A stretch of DNA of 64,000 nt from Felis catus (lineage: Eukaryota). The notes below the pieces were generated by a model. It saw nothing but the letters and a program-made list of their open reading frames with translations. It had not been told where the DNA came from and ran no database searches. Both the position numbers and the translations under genes were made by a program. The DNA lies in the NCBI RefSeq assembly GCF_018350175.1, contig NC_058368.1, positions 214,770,001-214,834,000 on the forward strand. The letters are read 5' to 3'. This document shows positions 37,146 to 51,084 of this stretch, piece by piece (within the stretch, counting starts at the first letter, position 1; each line of letters begins with the position of its first letter).

Positions 37146-39010
37146 AGAGCAGCTTGTGTTTTAAGGCCTTACTAAGTGTACATTTCTGATGAATCCTGAA
37201 TGAACAAAAATGTTGATTTATTAAAGGCAAGCTTTAAAAAAACTCCCTTCAAGTTTTCTAAATCTGAACCAGAAGAGTCTTCCTTTCATGAACATGATTT
37301 ATGAAAATGTGTTTATCTAACACCTTAACATATTTGATTAGTTGAACCACACCCAATTCCTTCAGGAGAAGTGCTTTTATTGTTTCCTTTTAGTAGATGG
37401 GAAAACTGAGATGTGAGGCAGTTTGCCCAGTTCCACACCATAAATCACCAGCAAGGCTGGGATTAGCATTCATTGAACTTGGCCTCTCTTCATACATCTG
37501 CATCCCTAAATCCATAGATCTGATGAAAGCTTTTAGAAGGTGAATTACCATTCATCTGCAAAGATTGCATACCCTTAAAATTACTTGGATTTAAGTAGTC
37601 AAGAAAAATATAAATTATTTAAAAAATAAAGAATTTCAACATTATTTTTTATTGTACTAGGAGAACATTGTTAATAGTCTCTCTATTTAGTCCACTAGTG
37701 AAATATGTGCAGGAGAGAAAGAGAAAGAGAGAGACAGAGATAGAGACAGAGACTTAGATCATCAGCATTCATATTAGAATGTCTTTGCTTTGAATGTCAA
37801 CTTAGTTCTAGCTTTATTTTAACTAATTTTCAAAGCTTGTTTTATGTTCCAGGAAAAGGACATCATTTATGATTTTTTTTAAGTTGAAGCGATTTGAAGG
37901 AGCTAAATATATCCTTTTATGCCTCTGTACTTCATTCAGAATATGATCAAGTTGATACTGTTAGTATTGACATAAAAGGTAGTTTACCACATAGGATGTA
38001 TTTGAGGATATAGAAGTCTTCATACAAAATTTAGTTTGTAAAACCTAAGGATAGGTTTGTGTAATAATACTCCTTTTCTGCATGTAAGTCATCTGCTGGC
38101 CTTTGACAATATATATATTACAGATTTTTATTACATTTTTTCATAACAATAAAGTCTTCTGAATTCTGCCTTAAATAAACTCCTTTATTTTTATTTTTTA
38201 TACATTTATCATTCATTTGAAAATTTACCCTTGGTAAGCATGTCTATCCTTTATTATACAAGAATCAAAAGGAAATCAAGCTGTTTTGAGAAAACTCTTC
38301 TTCTACATCCCTGACCACCTCCAATGTTTATTTCCATTTGGAGTCATGTTTTCCTTCAAAACTTGAGACAATTGGAGTCAGCTCAAGAGTTGCAAGAAAG
38401 AGATGGAAAAAGAATTTCTCTGTAAATTCAAAAACAATACATTTTCCCCACACTGAGATAGGGGTGATGGAGTTGGGATTGTGTTGCTCAACATTCTCAA
38501 ATCCTTTCTGTGGAATTCATATGGCTCAGAGTTTTGATCTATATTCATATTTTTACCTGATGCCAAACATTCCTTTACAGATTACTGCTTCCATAAGAAT
38601 TCTACTAGCTTCATTAGCAACACAGACAAAGCTTGAAAACAAGGGTGTAAAAAAACTAAGGGTGCCTCTACTTTTCATTCTCCAGAAACACTACAATATA
38701 AGAAATTCAATGTACTGAAATGTAAAGCAGTCATCCTTGCCTTTAGGACCATAGAGATGTCAAATATGATGAAAAGACTAAAGAATCAGTGTATAAAAAA
38801 CACAATCAAAATATATTATAGCACCTTGGGTGTTTTATTTTTGGTAGTAGAACTTCTATAAGGTCATCAAAAGCAGTCTACAGGTATTTCTTACCAAGTT
38901 GCTGAATTGCCCTGATTTCCTCATGTTCTCATGGGCAAAACGGTGCTGGGTTTCTAAAAGGGGAAAATACTGTATTGAAATTCCATCTCTATTGTTTAAA
39001 ATCATGTCTT

Positions 39011-39210
39011 GGGGCATCTGGGTGCCTCAGTCGGTTGAACATCCGACTTCGGCTCAGGTCATGATCTCACGGTTTCATTCATGAGTTCGAGCCCCACACC
39101 GGGATCTCTGCTATCAACACAGAGCCCACGTGGGATGCTCTGGCACCCTCTCTCTCTCTGCCCCTTCCCTGCTCGCATTCTGTCTCTCTCTCTCAAACAT
39201 AAACATTAAA
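39011..39210 (+). mobile_element. CAN-SINE
   Basis: ggggcatctgggtgcctcagtcggttgaacatccgacttcggctcaggtcatgatctcacgg. Confidence 0.95.
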
Positions 39211-40299
39211 AGTGTTCTTTAAATCATTTCTCAATACCTCTACATAACTGTTTTTTTTTATTAGCTAAATTTAGTGTTTGCAAATCAATATAACAAAGAT
39301 AATAAAGATAATAAGATAAAGTCTCTGCTTACAGACTGGTTGAATTAGGGTAGGATGTATAGACGCAAGACAGTTTACTCTGACTTAAATATGACTTAGG
39401 ATATAATAGCACATGAGATCTGAAAAGGTTAAGATGGATCATTATCTTCTGTATGTATGTACACTTACATGAATATGTGTGTGTATGAGAAATACATATG
39501 TTAAACATTATTGAGAACCTATTATATAGCAGGTTGTAGCACTAGATACTGGGAATGTAACTGTAGAGTGATTGAATTTTCTGAATTGTTGAAGAATAGA
39601 ATTTGAGCTCAGGGTGAGAATAGCAACCATTTTTAGACTTCAAGTGTCAATCAAAAATAACTATCTGTTTCATTAGAGACAGAAGTTTGAATTAATTTTG
39701 AAAGGTTCTTTCGTTTTAGAAAAAAATATTTCAATAGTGATATGGTGGTAGGGGAATGGTATTCTTAAATAGGGAAGGGCTAAGCAATGGGGAGATAAAA
39801 TGAACTTCATAATAATTTTTAAAGGTTTCCTTACTGTGGTAAGATCTGTATCCTGAAGATTTTAATAATACTGCTGACTAGTGGAATTGGTTTATGGAGT
39901 AAGCTGGAGTCTGCTGAGAGTGAGCAGAAAGAAACTCTATTTATTTGTTTTTATTTACACTTCCTTAAAACTTGTTTTGTTGGATTACTCTTTCTTAACC
40001 CTAGATTAGATAAAAGCATACACAGATGTCATTGTTGATGTTTGGACCTTCTCAGGTATTATCTAATAGCCATAACTTAGAAATAATCAGAATTCTACCT
40101 TCATCAAATTAAAGGTTTCTCTCTCCTCCCTCCTCTTCTACACGCAGCTTTTGCTGGATTCAGGTTTTAAAACCCACACAGTGGGTTTAACAAGAAGAGT
40201 TTCAAATTTGAAAAAGACACAAGCTATTACTATTCCATTCTTAACTCTAATATATTTTTATTTTAGAAGTAATGGATAATATTCTTTGTTTATAGAAAT

Positions 40300-42700
40300 T
40301 CTAAACGTTTGCCCCTCAAAATTGGAGAATTCATAACAGTATAAGAAGGAAATCACAGATTTATACTTACATTAGACACCAGTACCACATGGTTTGACAT
40401 GAGCTTAGTGTCTAAATATTGGGAATAGATAATTTCCAAATTGCATAAAACACTATAGATCACAATAGATGATGAAAGCTATTCAGTGTATTTAATGAGA
40501 CTAATATCCCCACAATCAAAACTAGGTAAGGTTAGCACAAAGCATAAAAATAAAGGAAAACACACAAGTTAACACCAAATAAAGTAAGCAAACAAACAAC
40601 AAAATAAATCCAACAACCAAAGTCAATCTTATATATCCATCTGGAGGTGTACATCTTAAATAAAACATTATTTAACTAAGTATATTGGTGTACTAACACA
40701 ATACTGTATTAGATCCAAGTGGGTTTCCCACTCATGCCTTGTGATAGCAAAATGATTCAACATTAAAAATAATATGGAAGTGAAGATATTCATAAATATA
40801 TTAGAGTATGTATGCATCTCAGTTGAAAATCCAAATATATTTGTGAAAATGCAACATCCATCTGATAGGTGTTTGTATTTGCTTGAGAAAGAGAAGAGAG
40901 ATTTTCAGCAAAACTTATACTCAGAAAAAAAATATTAACAATCCAAATTAAATAACATAGGCAAGATGAACTGCCCTCATTAATACTATTCAATAATAAA
41001 AAGCCACTGGATTTCTAGTTAAAAAAATAGCATGGAAGAGAAATAAAAATATAAACACTAGATTGTGCATAAACACGATCTTTTATCATATGCAGAAAAT
41101 ATAATTGATCTAAAAAATGCAATAAAATTAATTAAGGAACATTAAAATTAAATTTAACAATATGAGCAGGTATAAGATTAACATAAAAATTGAAAGGTTT
41201 ATTATGCATCAGCAAAAATCAATTTAAAATCAAAAAGAAAGAAGTTGTCATTCCAAATCATCACAAAATAATAAAATAAATTTGAATAGAACTAATCAGA
41301 ATATGTAATACCCATATAAAGAGAGATTTAAACTTTCCTAAGAGTAGAAACTCCTCTTGAATAGAGAAACATGCAATGTTTCTGTATACAAATCTTCAGT
41401 ATTATAATTTGTCATTTCTACCTTAATTTATACACAAGTGCAATGGTATTAAGAAATTTGTACAGTGTTTTCATGTAACCAGATGAACTGGTCTAAAGCT
41501 CAATGAAAGGAACAAAAATAATTAGGAGATTGCCAAAATAATTTTGAAAAAATTGTAAAACAAAATAGTGGGCTCAGAAAAAGTTCAGTGTGAGAATTAG
41601 CTATAACCGTGTCATTTTAAGACAATAGAGAAAGAATGGTCAGGTTAATAAATGGTTTTGAAGTCATTGAAAAAAGCAAATAGAAATCTGTACAATACTG
41701 TTCACCAAAATATATTAAGTTTCTGATAAATTTAAGACAAACTAGATAAAAATACTTAATTAGAAGAAAATAAGGGAATATAATTTTTTTGACATTTCAT
41801 TAGCAAATGTCATCTTAGACAATATGAAATGCAAAGCAAAAGATAGATTACATCAATGGATCATGAACTTCTGACCCTGAAAGATATATCATTTAAAAAG
41901 TTGAGAAAACAAGAGATTGATAGGGAATATTTCAAATATTTATGACAAGTTAAAAAGAGAAAGACAAATATCTGGATTGAAAGTGAAGATTAAGAACTGG
42001 CAATTTACTGAATAAGAAATTCTATATTTAGTAACAGAAGAAAACATGTTTAGTTTTTATGGAAATCAAGGAAACCACAACTAAAACAAGAAATGTCCTA
42101 TTTACTGGGGCACCTGGATGGCTCGGTCGGTTGAGCGCCCGATTTTGGCTCAGATCATGATCTCCCGGTTTGTGAGTTAGAGCCCCGCATCCCGCCCTGT
42201 GCTGACAGCTCAGAGTCTGAGCCTGCTTCGGATTCTGTGTCTCCCTCTCTCTCTGCCCCTCCCCTGCTCGCACTCTCTCTCCCTCTCTTAAAAATAAGTA
42301 CACACTAAAAAAATTTTTTTTAAAGAAATATCCTATTTATCAATCAATATGACAAAAAATGGAAAGAACATATCCAACTTGGTCACATGTGATATAAACA
42401 TTGGAGTATAAATACTTAAAGGCATGTTGGAGGGCTATTTAACAATACCAATCAAAATTCCACATATTTGCATCTCAACACTTCAGCAAGTATGTTCAAA
42501 GCAACTTTCGCAAGAACAGTGATGACAGAGAATTTTAAATAGTAAAATATAATAATAATAAATAATAATTAAAACAAATGTAAAAACTCATCCATAAGGA
42601 TTATTTGAATAAACCACACAGATATACATTCTATGGAATCCAACACTATGGTTAAAAAATATTAGAAAATTTTATGTGTATTTATAAAAATATTCTTAGT
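40300..42700 (+). mobile_element. Highly degenerate old L1 ORF2 region
   Basis: A-rich strand bias; relic motifs (ccaagtgggtttc..actcatgc, atgattcaacatt, taataaatggt, atcaaggaaaccaca). Confidence 0.6.
42107..42322 (+). mobile_element. CAN-SINE (SINEC_Fc-like)
   Basis: TSD aagaaat(g/a)tcctattta. Confidence 0.96.
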
Positions 42701-42849
42701 ATATTTCAAAAATTTCTGTGTTTCTAAAATATGCCAGACATTGGCCTAAGAAAACATTATTTTAACAGGAGTAATCCTCCACAAAACTTATGAGGCAGAA
42801 ATGTTGTTATACCCATTTCACAGATGGGAAGAGAGAAATTGTTTAAAAT

Positions 42850-43918
42850 TTAAAAAAAAGAAACAATCACATGCTTATACTATTAGACTATAACCCAAAG
42901 TAGAATATAAATATGTGTGAATTTCTATTGATATGAATAAATAATTGAATAATTTAAAAGTGGAGAAGAGACAATCTCAAGTACAGGAGAATTCCATGTT
43001 ATTTATAGAGGTACCCATCCCTCAAGAAGGTGGAATTTAATTCTCAATCCCTTAAGTGTGGGTGGAGATTAGTGATTTGCTTCCAAAGAGCAGAGTAGGG
43101 AAAGGAACAAAACAAAATAAAACAAAAACAAAAATAGAAACATCAGAGTGGAGAGACATGGCCAACACATCTGAGCCACGTGGTCACGTTATCATCAAGG
43201 TGCACCTGAGTGGCTCATTCGGTTAAGTGTCTCCTTTCGGCTCAGGTCATGATCTCACGGTTTGTGAGTTCAGGTTCTGTGCTGACAGCTGGGAGCCTGG
43301 AGCCTGCTTCGGATTCTGTGTCTCCCTCTCTCTCTGCCCGTCCCCTGCTCTCATTCTGTCTCTCTCTTTCTGAAGAATAAATAAACATTCAAAAAATTTA
43401 AACATCACCAATATTAAATCATGTTGAAGTATGCACACTTGATCTAATAGGATGAGAATAACACATCAACTCTGGTATTATTCCCCAAAACCCATAAGTT
43501 ATTTTTTTCCTAACCAGTAGATAAGCATCAGACAAACCCAAATTGAGGAACATTCTGTAAAATACCTGAGCAGTACACCTTAAAACTCTTAGTCATGGAA
43601 AGCAAGGAAAGTCTGAGAAGCTCTCAGTATAGAGAGGAGGCTAAGGACATATGATGATTAAATGTTATATGGTAACCTGTACTGGATGCCGAAACAGAAA
43701 AAGAACATTAGGGGAAAACTAATAGAATCCAAATAAAGTATGGCATTTAGTTAAGAATATATCACTCTTGGTTCATTACTTGTGATAAATGTACCATAAT
43801 AATATAATTTGTTAATGATAGGGCAAGCTGGCTATGGAGTGAATGAGAACTCTCCATATGTCTTTACAACTTTGCTGCAAATCCAAAACTTTTCTAAAAT
43901 GTAAAGTTTATTTATAAA
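42850..43918 (+). mobile_element. L1MC/L1MD-like 3'UTR interrupted by a SINE
   Basis: ccctcaagaaggtggaatttaattctc..cccttaagtgtggg; cagacaaacccaaattgaggaacattct; ends ttctaaaatgtaaagtttattt. Confidence 0.8.
43199..43401 (+). mobile_element. CAN-SINE (SINEC_Fc-like) with short internal deletion
   Basis: Canonical body lacking the agccccgcgtc segment. Confidence 0.93.
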
Positions 43919-45099
43919 ATGATTGAGGACATAATCATATTTTGGGGTCAATCACCATCCAAATTTGAGTGAAGAGGCAGTCCACCTCATGGTAGGTGTA
44001 TCTATATAAATGACTAGAAATGGAGATGCTTACAAGTAGCAAAAAATAATGTGGTCACATATTGTCAAAATCTATCATTCAGGTTTGTTTTGAGGCTTGC
44101 TTATATATTTATGATAAAGTATAAGGGGAGTGAAAAGAGTTGTTTAATTGAGGGTTTGATCATTAGAGATCTGTTTTTAATTAATATCATGACACATTTT
44201 GGAGTCTATAAGCATTTACTCCTACTTTAGCCATAGTTTAATCTCCCACTAAAATTTGATGAGTCTAGGAATTAAACTGATGGATGTCAAATGCCTCACA
44301 TCAGACTTTCACGAACTTGGATACCTCATTAACCTATATAATTGTTCTGGCTGCTGAGACTGTTGGAATCTTTATACATATTTGTCCATGTATTTGCTCT
44401 CTACTTCTGAGAGTCTTACCACAGATCTGCTTACTCTTATTAAAAATTCTAAGAAGACAAAGACAAGAGAGATTTAAAAAAATGTTAGGAACTAATTTGT
44501 TACAAATTAAGTATTATCTGAATGTATAAACAGAAAACACAAAATCTTCCACTGAAGTCTATAATGGGTGTTTTCACAGAGAGGAAATGTCAGCCTTTCC
44601 TCTATAACTATGAAGTTTGCCCTGTGTAAATTGCTTGTGTATGAAAAAATTTTCACTTACTTACCTTCAATTTAAAAAAAGTGAAAGTAAAACTGAGTTG
44701 AAATGTTGTTGAAATTAACAAGATTCTCATTGTGTTCTCCAAACCGACCTCCTCATTTTTTACAATTTTGTTGAGCTCTGTGATATTTAAGTGGGTACCT
44801 ATTTGTGTATCTATTTGTGACAAATAAGGGGATATGAAAAGAAACTGATTTTTTAAAGTTTTATTTTCATCATCCTTATAAAATGGGAAGATGACATTGA
44901 TCACAAGAGAGAAAAAAAGGTCACTTGAATTCCCTCTTCTCTCTTCCTCTTTTCTCTTTTTTTCCCCTGTCTCTCCTCTCCTCTCTTTCTTTCTTCCTCA
45001 GCTATTTTTGTGACTGTTGCAGAGTTAATATATCTATTTTACCTGTTACAAAGCTGGTATATACCAGCTTTATACCTCAAAATATTTGTACCCTACAGT

Positions 45100-45465
45100 G
45101 ACAGCCTATTCCAGTGGGTTTCCAATTGCCAGGATATACATCTTGATGTCTGAGGGCTTTATTTGAACCCCTTTCTTCCCTCCAGCGTCACACTGCCCAG
45201 GAAGGGAATTACTCTCCAGGGCATAGCATCAACTCCACTGGGGTATATAAATACCCCAGTTACTTGTCTTCTTGCCATAGGATAGAAAATTCTTGAGACA
45301 TGTGTTACATTATTTCTCATAGTTTCACCATGTGCTTAAATTTTAGATGATCACTTCCTACCTTTTCCTTTCTCACTTCTCCATGACTCTTGAGATTTTC
45401 TGCATCTTTCAAATAAATCCCTTGCACTTGAATCCTTATCTTGGAATCCGCTTTCAAGAGAACAT
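45100..45465 (+). mobile_element. ERVL LTR16-like fragment
   Basis: ggggtatataaataccccag hairpin; caaataaatcccttgcacttgaatccttatcttggaatccgcttt end. Confidence 0.55.
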
Positions 45466-46489
45466 AAAGGTGGTCTGGGTAATCACAAGAGAATGAGAAA
45501 ATGGTTTGCTTCTAAATATGTGAAGTTTTAAGAACTGGACAATGATTTATTTGCTACCGGGAAAAGTAAAACATTCACATAACACTCAATTTGATATGTC
45601 GTTTGCTATCTCTCTATATCTAATTTCCTTAAAGTCCTCTAATACTTGAATATTTTCTTATCACCAGTAACATCTCATCAAACATCTCAACTTAAACATA
45701 AGGAAAATGCTATATTACAGGAGCCATTAAGTGATTTATATAAGGTTGTAACACTAATTGAGCAAATTTACATGTGTCTTAGTGTTTTTAATACTTTTCT
45801 GACAGTGAGTCCTTTTGTTTTTGGAATAAAATTTAAAAAGCAATTCATGCTTTGATGAATAAACAGTAGACCATAATGATGTCATTAACTGATTGTGTCA
45901 CCAAAGGTGCAGGGATTTTTAAGGAGAAACAAAGAAAATAACAAACAGGCATGAAGCAGACCACCCCGTTCCTTAGAACTTGCGAGGAAAGGACTCTCTA
46001 TGAGTAACTAGAATATTAATTATATTAATCTCACACTCACCTCTAGAAAGTGGAGGACTTTATGATCCAATGCAGCATGAAGGAATAAATTTTGCAGTAA
46101 TATATCTTAGGGCACTCACTGTGTTTACTCATTCATTTATCACATATTTGTTAAATATAACTTTTGTACGTTGCATTTTATGTCGCTGAACATCAACCTG
46201 TAACTTGAAGATTTTTTAACTGAGGGTTTCCTTCTACTAAGTGAACTTTGAAAGACTACTAATTTCAGAAACTTTGAAAACCATTTATTTTACTACTGCA
46301 AACAAGAGTGCAAGTTTATTCTTGCACTGAGTGGATGGTAATCTCTTCTAGATTACTGTTGTTGCGGGTTATAATATCAGTATACGAGGGTTCATAGAAG
46401 TTAAGAAAAGAACCATAGGGTATTATGAAAGACAATTTCAGAAAAGTCTAAAGGGGATATTGTGACAGGTGCAATATTTTATAATGATG

Positions 46490-46740
46490 ATAGTGTTAGT
46501 GGTATTATTGTGCTACCAACACTTTGTTTAGTATACATTATGTTAGACATTCTGCAATGCCCTTTATATTTATTATCTTATTTTATTCTCAGACTAACAT
46601 TACAAGATAGCTGTTTTTTGATCATTGCGTATATTAAAACTGAAGCTCAATGTGGTAATACTAAATTTTCCGAGATAACACAGCAGGTTAGTGAAGTAAT
46701 TCAAACACAGCTGTATCTAACCCCGAAGGCCATAGTCCTT
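46490..46740 (-). mobile_element. MIR (degenerate)
   Basis: aaaactgaagctca...taattttccgagataacacagcaggttagtg..attcaaacacag. Confidence 0.6.
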
Positions 46741-48213
46741 AAAAGTAAGTAATGCAAAAAAAAAAAAAAAAGAGTAATGCCTAAAGAATAATCTTGAGGT
46801 TAAGAAAAGATTTGTTAAAATGTGTAAGTACCACATTAGCATATTTCTGAGTGAATGATTTAAAAACCTAATAGCTGGCACTTGAAAAACTCAGGACTTT
46901 ATGAAGGAGACAATTTTTATACACACGGGTAATAGAAAAGACAAAGGAGTCTATAAAATTATTTCTCCAACTTAATGACCTTACTGTCTTTGTTTTTCCC
47001 GTAGTGACACTTTTCTTACCTGCAAATGTACTATTTTTTTGCCTCTAGTTTTTATTTGCAGTGAGAAACAAAGAGGGAATGCCTGGATTTTTAAGGAAGA
47101 AGGCACATTAATGTAATTTTTTCTCTTGGCTGTGGGAAGCATCTATCAAAACTAGTATCTCAATATAAATTTTTTCCTTATAAATGTCTAACTTGTGAGT
47201 CATGTGATTCATTTGTGTGCAATAAGAAAACCAGCTCCCTCCATTGTAAAAATGACTCCTTACTCGGCAGCATGAAGTAACCACTTCCCCCCCCCCAACT
47301 TCCTCTACAGTTGCAGGCTATACCAGATGTTTAAAGTGTACCTTCCCTAAGACCATATTTATATATAGCTAATATATCTTTGGAATTCTTGTGTCACAGC
47401 GAAGTATTTATTCATCTTATTGTTTCTGTGTTCTTCTGCTATCTAAAGTTATTTTACATAATAAGTGAGTTTGTAAAAGTCTTTAGGATTGTATCATTTA
47501 ATAGAAATTTTTGTATGTTCATTTATATTATTTTATCTTGACTGATTCAATAATTCATTAGGGAAAACTGTTTTTGGACTTGCTAGCACAGAGACAGGAA
47601 ATGAGAAAGAAGAATCACCCCTGAGTAAAAACCTTATTAACGACTATTCAGTGAATTTAATCCTTTCTGGAATGTTTCCACCATTTATTTTTTGGCATGC
47701 TGGCATATTATTTATACGAGTAGTTTTTGTGTTCACACCAGAAACATTATTCTGATTATCAAAGCACTTGGGAAAATTCAACCTGAACTGACCTGAGCTT
47801 CTGCTATGAAAAGGGAAGGGATATAACATTAAAAGTTATCAGTCTATTACTAAGAGATAAAAGAAGCAAGAGAGAAACTCATAAGTGAACTAAAATATGC
47901 TCATCAAAGATTAGGCAGTCTTAATTGCTACCAATGATTATTGTTCGTATGGAGACACTGGGGGAAAGATAGTTTCCATCCAAAATATTAGGCTTTTTCA
48001 AAATGACTAATTAAGAAATACTGATTCAGAACTGAAAACTTCACTTGAATGAGAATGTGCAGAGTTGCATGCCACTGACTTTAAGTCTATAGAGGTTTGT
48101 ACGAAATACAAATGTTGAAATCATAATTGTAATTATATATATTAAAACTTCACTGAAGAAAATACTTCAGGAATAAAATAAAACTGGGCAAATGGACAAG
48201 TAATTTTTAGACA

Positions 48214-48436
48214 GTTTTTTTTTGTATTTTTTTTCTAATGTTTATTCATTTTTGAAAGAGAGAGAGACAGAGCGTGAGCAGGGAGGGGCAGAGAGAGGGA
48301 AACACAAAATCTGAAACAGGCTCCAGGCTCTGAGCTGTCAGCACAGAGCCCTATGCAGGGCTCGAACCCACGAACCTTGAGATCATGACTTGAGCCAAAG
48401 TTGGACGCTTAACCAACTGAGCCACCCAGGCACCTC
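48214..48436 (-). mobile_element. CAN-SINE (SINEC_Fc-like)
   Basis: Canonical body on minus strand. Confidence 0.96.
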
Positions 48437-49159
48437 AGGGATTTTTCATTTCTGATATGTTATTAGTGTTGGTTTTGTTTCGTTTTGCTCAGTGAAAGCT
48501 GTTTCTGTTACTTTCATTCTTTAGGAACGATTAAGGTGTGTTTTGTGTGTGGGGTCTAATGTATAGGAAGTTGTTAATGAATGTTCCGTAAGCATTTGAA
48601 AAAGTATATTGTCATCCTGGTTCAAATATATATCTAAAATACATACCACATACTTTTGATTCTGTTTTTTATATTATGTACATTTACAAACATTTTGTCC
48701 CCTTGATTGTGAGAGTTCTGTTAAATCCCTGTGATCGGTGGGTTCCTGTCTATCTCCTTACATTACCTGTCGTTTCTACTCTGTGAAAGCTGTTGCTGCA
48801 TTTGGGGGGCACAACTATCAATGACTTTGTATTTGTGTTCTCCTGGCACAGAATATGCATCCAAATCATAATGTTAGTGTTGAATTGATTTTAACAGAGT
48901 GATCACGGTAGTGTACTATGCAGTCGATCAATAAATAGAATGTTAGCATTGCCCAAGAAGTCCTTTGGCCCCTCCTCGTCACTTACCATTCCCCTTTGGT
49001 AGCCGTATACTGGCTATGAAAATCAGGTTTAGCTTTTCCAGTTTTTGAACTTTATATAAATAGAAGTAAGCCACTTTTTCATGTTTGGAGGATTTGCCCA
49101 TATTTCATATAGTGAGAAGTTGTTTATTGTCATTGTCATAGTATTCCATTAATTGCTAA

Positions 49160-49882
49160 TGTTGAGAAGGGCTGCTCAGATCTTCCTTCAAGAAGATTTG
49201 CTACACCTCCCCTGCCTCCAAATTAAGAAGACTTAGCATTGTCAGCAAATGGCCCAGCCACCTGCTGTCATCTTTAATTTCTTTTTAATGTTTATTTACT
49301 TTTGAGAGAGAAAGAGAGACAGAATGTGAGTGGGTGAGGGGCAGGGGAGGCGGGGGGGGGGGGACACAGAATCTGAAGCAGGCTGCAGGCTCTGAACTGA
49401 CAGCACAGAGTCTGATTCGGGGCTCAAACTCACAAACTGTGAGATCATGACCTGAACCAAAGTCAGACGCTTAACCGACTGAGCCACCGAGGTGCCCCAG
49501 CTGCTGTCATCTTTTACCTGTTCTGTTTCAGCTGCACGGGATTTCCTCACTGATGTTATACACTTCCTGTGACGGTCTATGTCTGGTTATTGGTCTTCCT
49601 GTCACTGGTCTGCCTGTCACTTCCTGTGACGGTCTATGTCTGGTTATTGAGCTTGACTCCCTTATTTCAACCCCATTTAGACAACTCTGATGGGTTATCT
49701 TCCTGCCCAAGATTCCTGCCTGTTTCAGATGGAGGCTTTGTTGGTCCTGCAGCAAAGTTCTACTTCCCCTTCTGCTCAGTCAGCACTTCCTTTGCCTTCT
49801 TTGCACAGGTATTCATCCCTAATAAGCATATTCCACCCCAAGCTCTTCCTCAGAATCTTCTTCCAGAGAGTTCAACCTGTGA
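49160..49882 (+). mobile_element. ERVL solo LTR (LTR33/LTR16-like)
   Basis: gctgctcagatcttccttcaag start; cctaataagcatattccaccccaagctcttcctcagaatcttcttccagagagttcaacctgtga end. Confidence 0.6.
49275..49498 (-). mobile_element. CAN-SINE nested in LTR
   Basis: TSD ctgctgtcatcttt. Confidence 0.96.
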
Positions 49883-51084
49883 TTCCATTACAGGAGAATA
49901 CTTTACTGTAGAAGAGCATCTGTATTGTCCTCCATTATTGGCTATTTCCAATAGAACTACCAAGAACATTCTAGTATATATATTTTTTATGTCTAGGTGT
50001 GGAATTGTTGGATAATGGAGAATTTACTTGCTTAATTTTAGTAAATATATTTTCATAAAATGCTTGTACCTATTTACCACTGGAGTATGAGAATTCCAGT
50101 TGTTCAACATTTTCACCAAATCTTGGTATTTTTTGTCTTTCATTTTTTTAACCTTTTTAGTGAGTGAGTGGTGGTCTCTCACTGTGGTTTTAGTTAACAT
50201 TTTGATGATGACTAATGCAATTCAGCAAAATTTCAAATGTTTACTGAATATTTATAGACATACATATTTTACATGAAGTAGCTTCTTAAGTCTTTAGCAC
50301 ATTTTAATTGAGTTGTCTTTTTCTTACTGGTTTTAAAGTCCTTCATTATTCTGATGTAAGTCTTTTTTTGAATATATGTATTGCTAATTTCTTCTCCTAA
50401 TCTGTGGTTTACTTTTACATTACCCTAATGGTGATTTTGATTAGCAGCAGTTCTTAAATTTAATGTCTAGTCATCATTTTTTTTACATTAATAGTTCTTG
50501 TGTTTAATTTAACAAATGTTTTCTTCAGGGAAGGTTTTCAACAAACTCTTAACCCACCATTGCCAGAAAAGGGAATTTTTATTATCTTTTTAATGTCTAA
50601 AATATCTGTGGTGGCATTTTTCATTCCTGATATTTCTAAGCTGTGGTTTCACTCTTAATACCTTTACATTTATCTGACTTCATATTTAAGTTTTCACTCA
50701 TTATTTTAAATCTGTCATGCCATTATTTTCTATAAGGTTGTAGGGGTTTTTTCCCCTAATGGTTGTATTTAAACTAATAACTTCACAAAATACTCTTAAC
50801 TTTACATTTTGTTGTTGTTATTGTTTAGTCTTCCCTCACTGTTGAAATTATCCAGTAATTTACTTAGTAATTCTTCACAAAGCCTTTCATTTCCTCCACA
50901 ATTTCATTTGAGGCATTATCATTTTACTCTCAGTTTCTATAAACAATTGGTAATTTGGGTGGTTTTAATGAAGATAAAAATGAAAATTTTAAGTGGTTTT
51001 CTAAAAAAAAATACAGATAGTACTTAAATGGTTATTTTCATTCAAACTTCTCCATGTCCTGCTTGCTCTAGTTTTTAAAGGCAT

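Larger units (their letters stand above)
48870..50520 (-). mobile_element. Old L1 (L1ME-like) interrupted by an LTR and a SINE
   Basis: ttttgaactttatataaatagaa; ggagtatgagaattccagttgttcaacat; gagtggtggtctctcactgtggttttag. Confidence 0.7.

Noticed and set aside
38338..38718. 126-aa plus-strand ORF in unique sequence
   Set aside because: Starts at TTG, no recognisable domain, no convincing splice context; the length is attainable by chance.
49561..49649. CRISPR-like repeat-spacer-repeat appearance
   Set aside because: Only two copies, the spacer is built from the same motif, the context is mammalian and there are no cas genes.
49569..50015. 148-aa ORF with repeated TVYVWLL
   Set aside because: Lies in an LTR/L1 relic; the peptide repeat only reflects the 32-bp DNA duplication.
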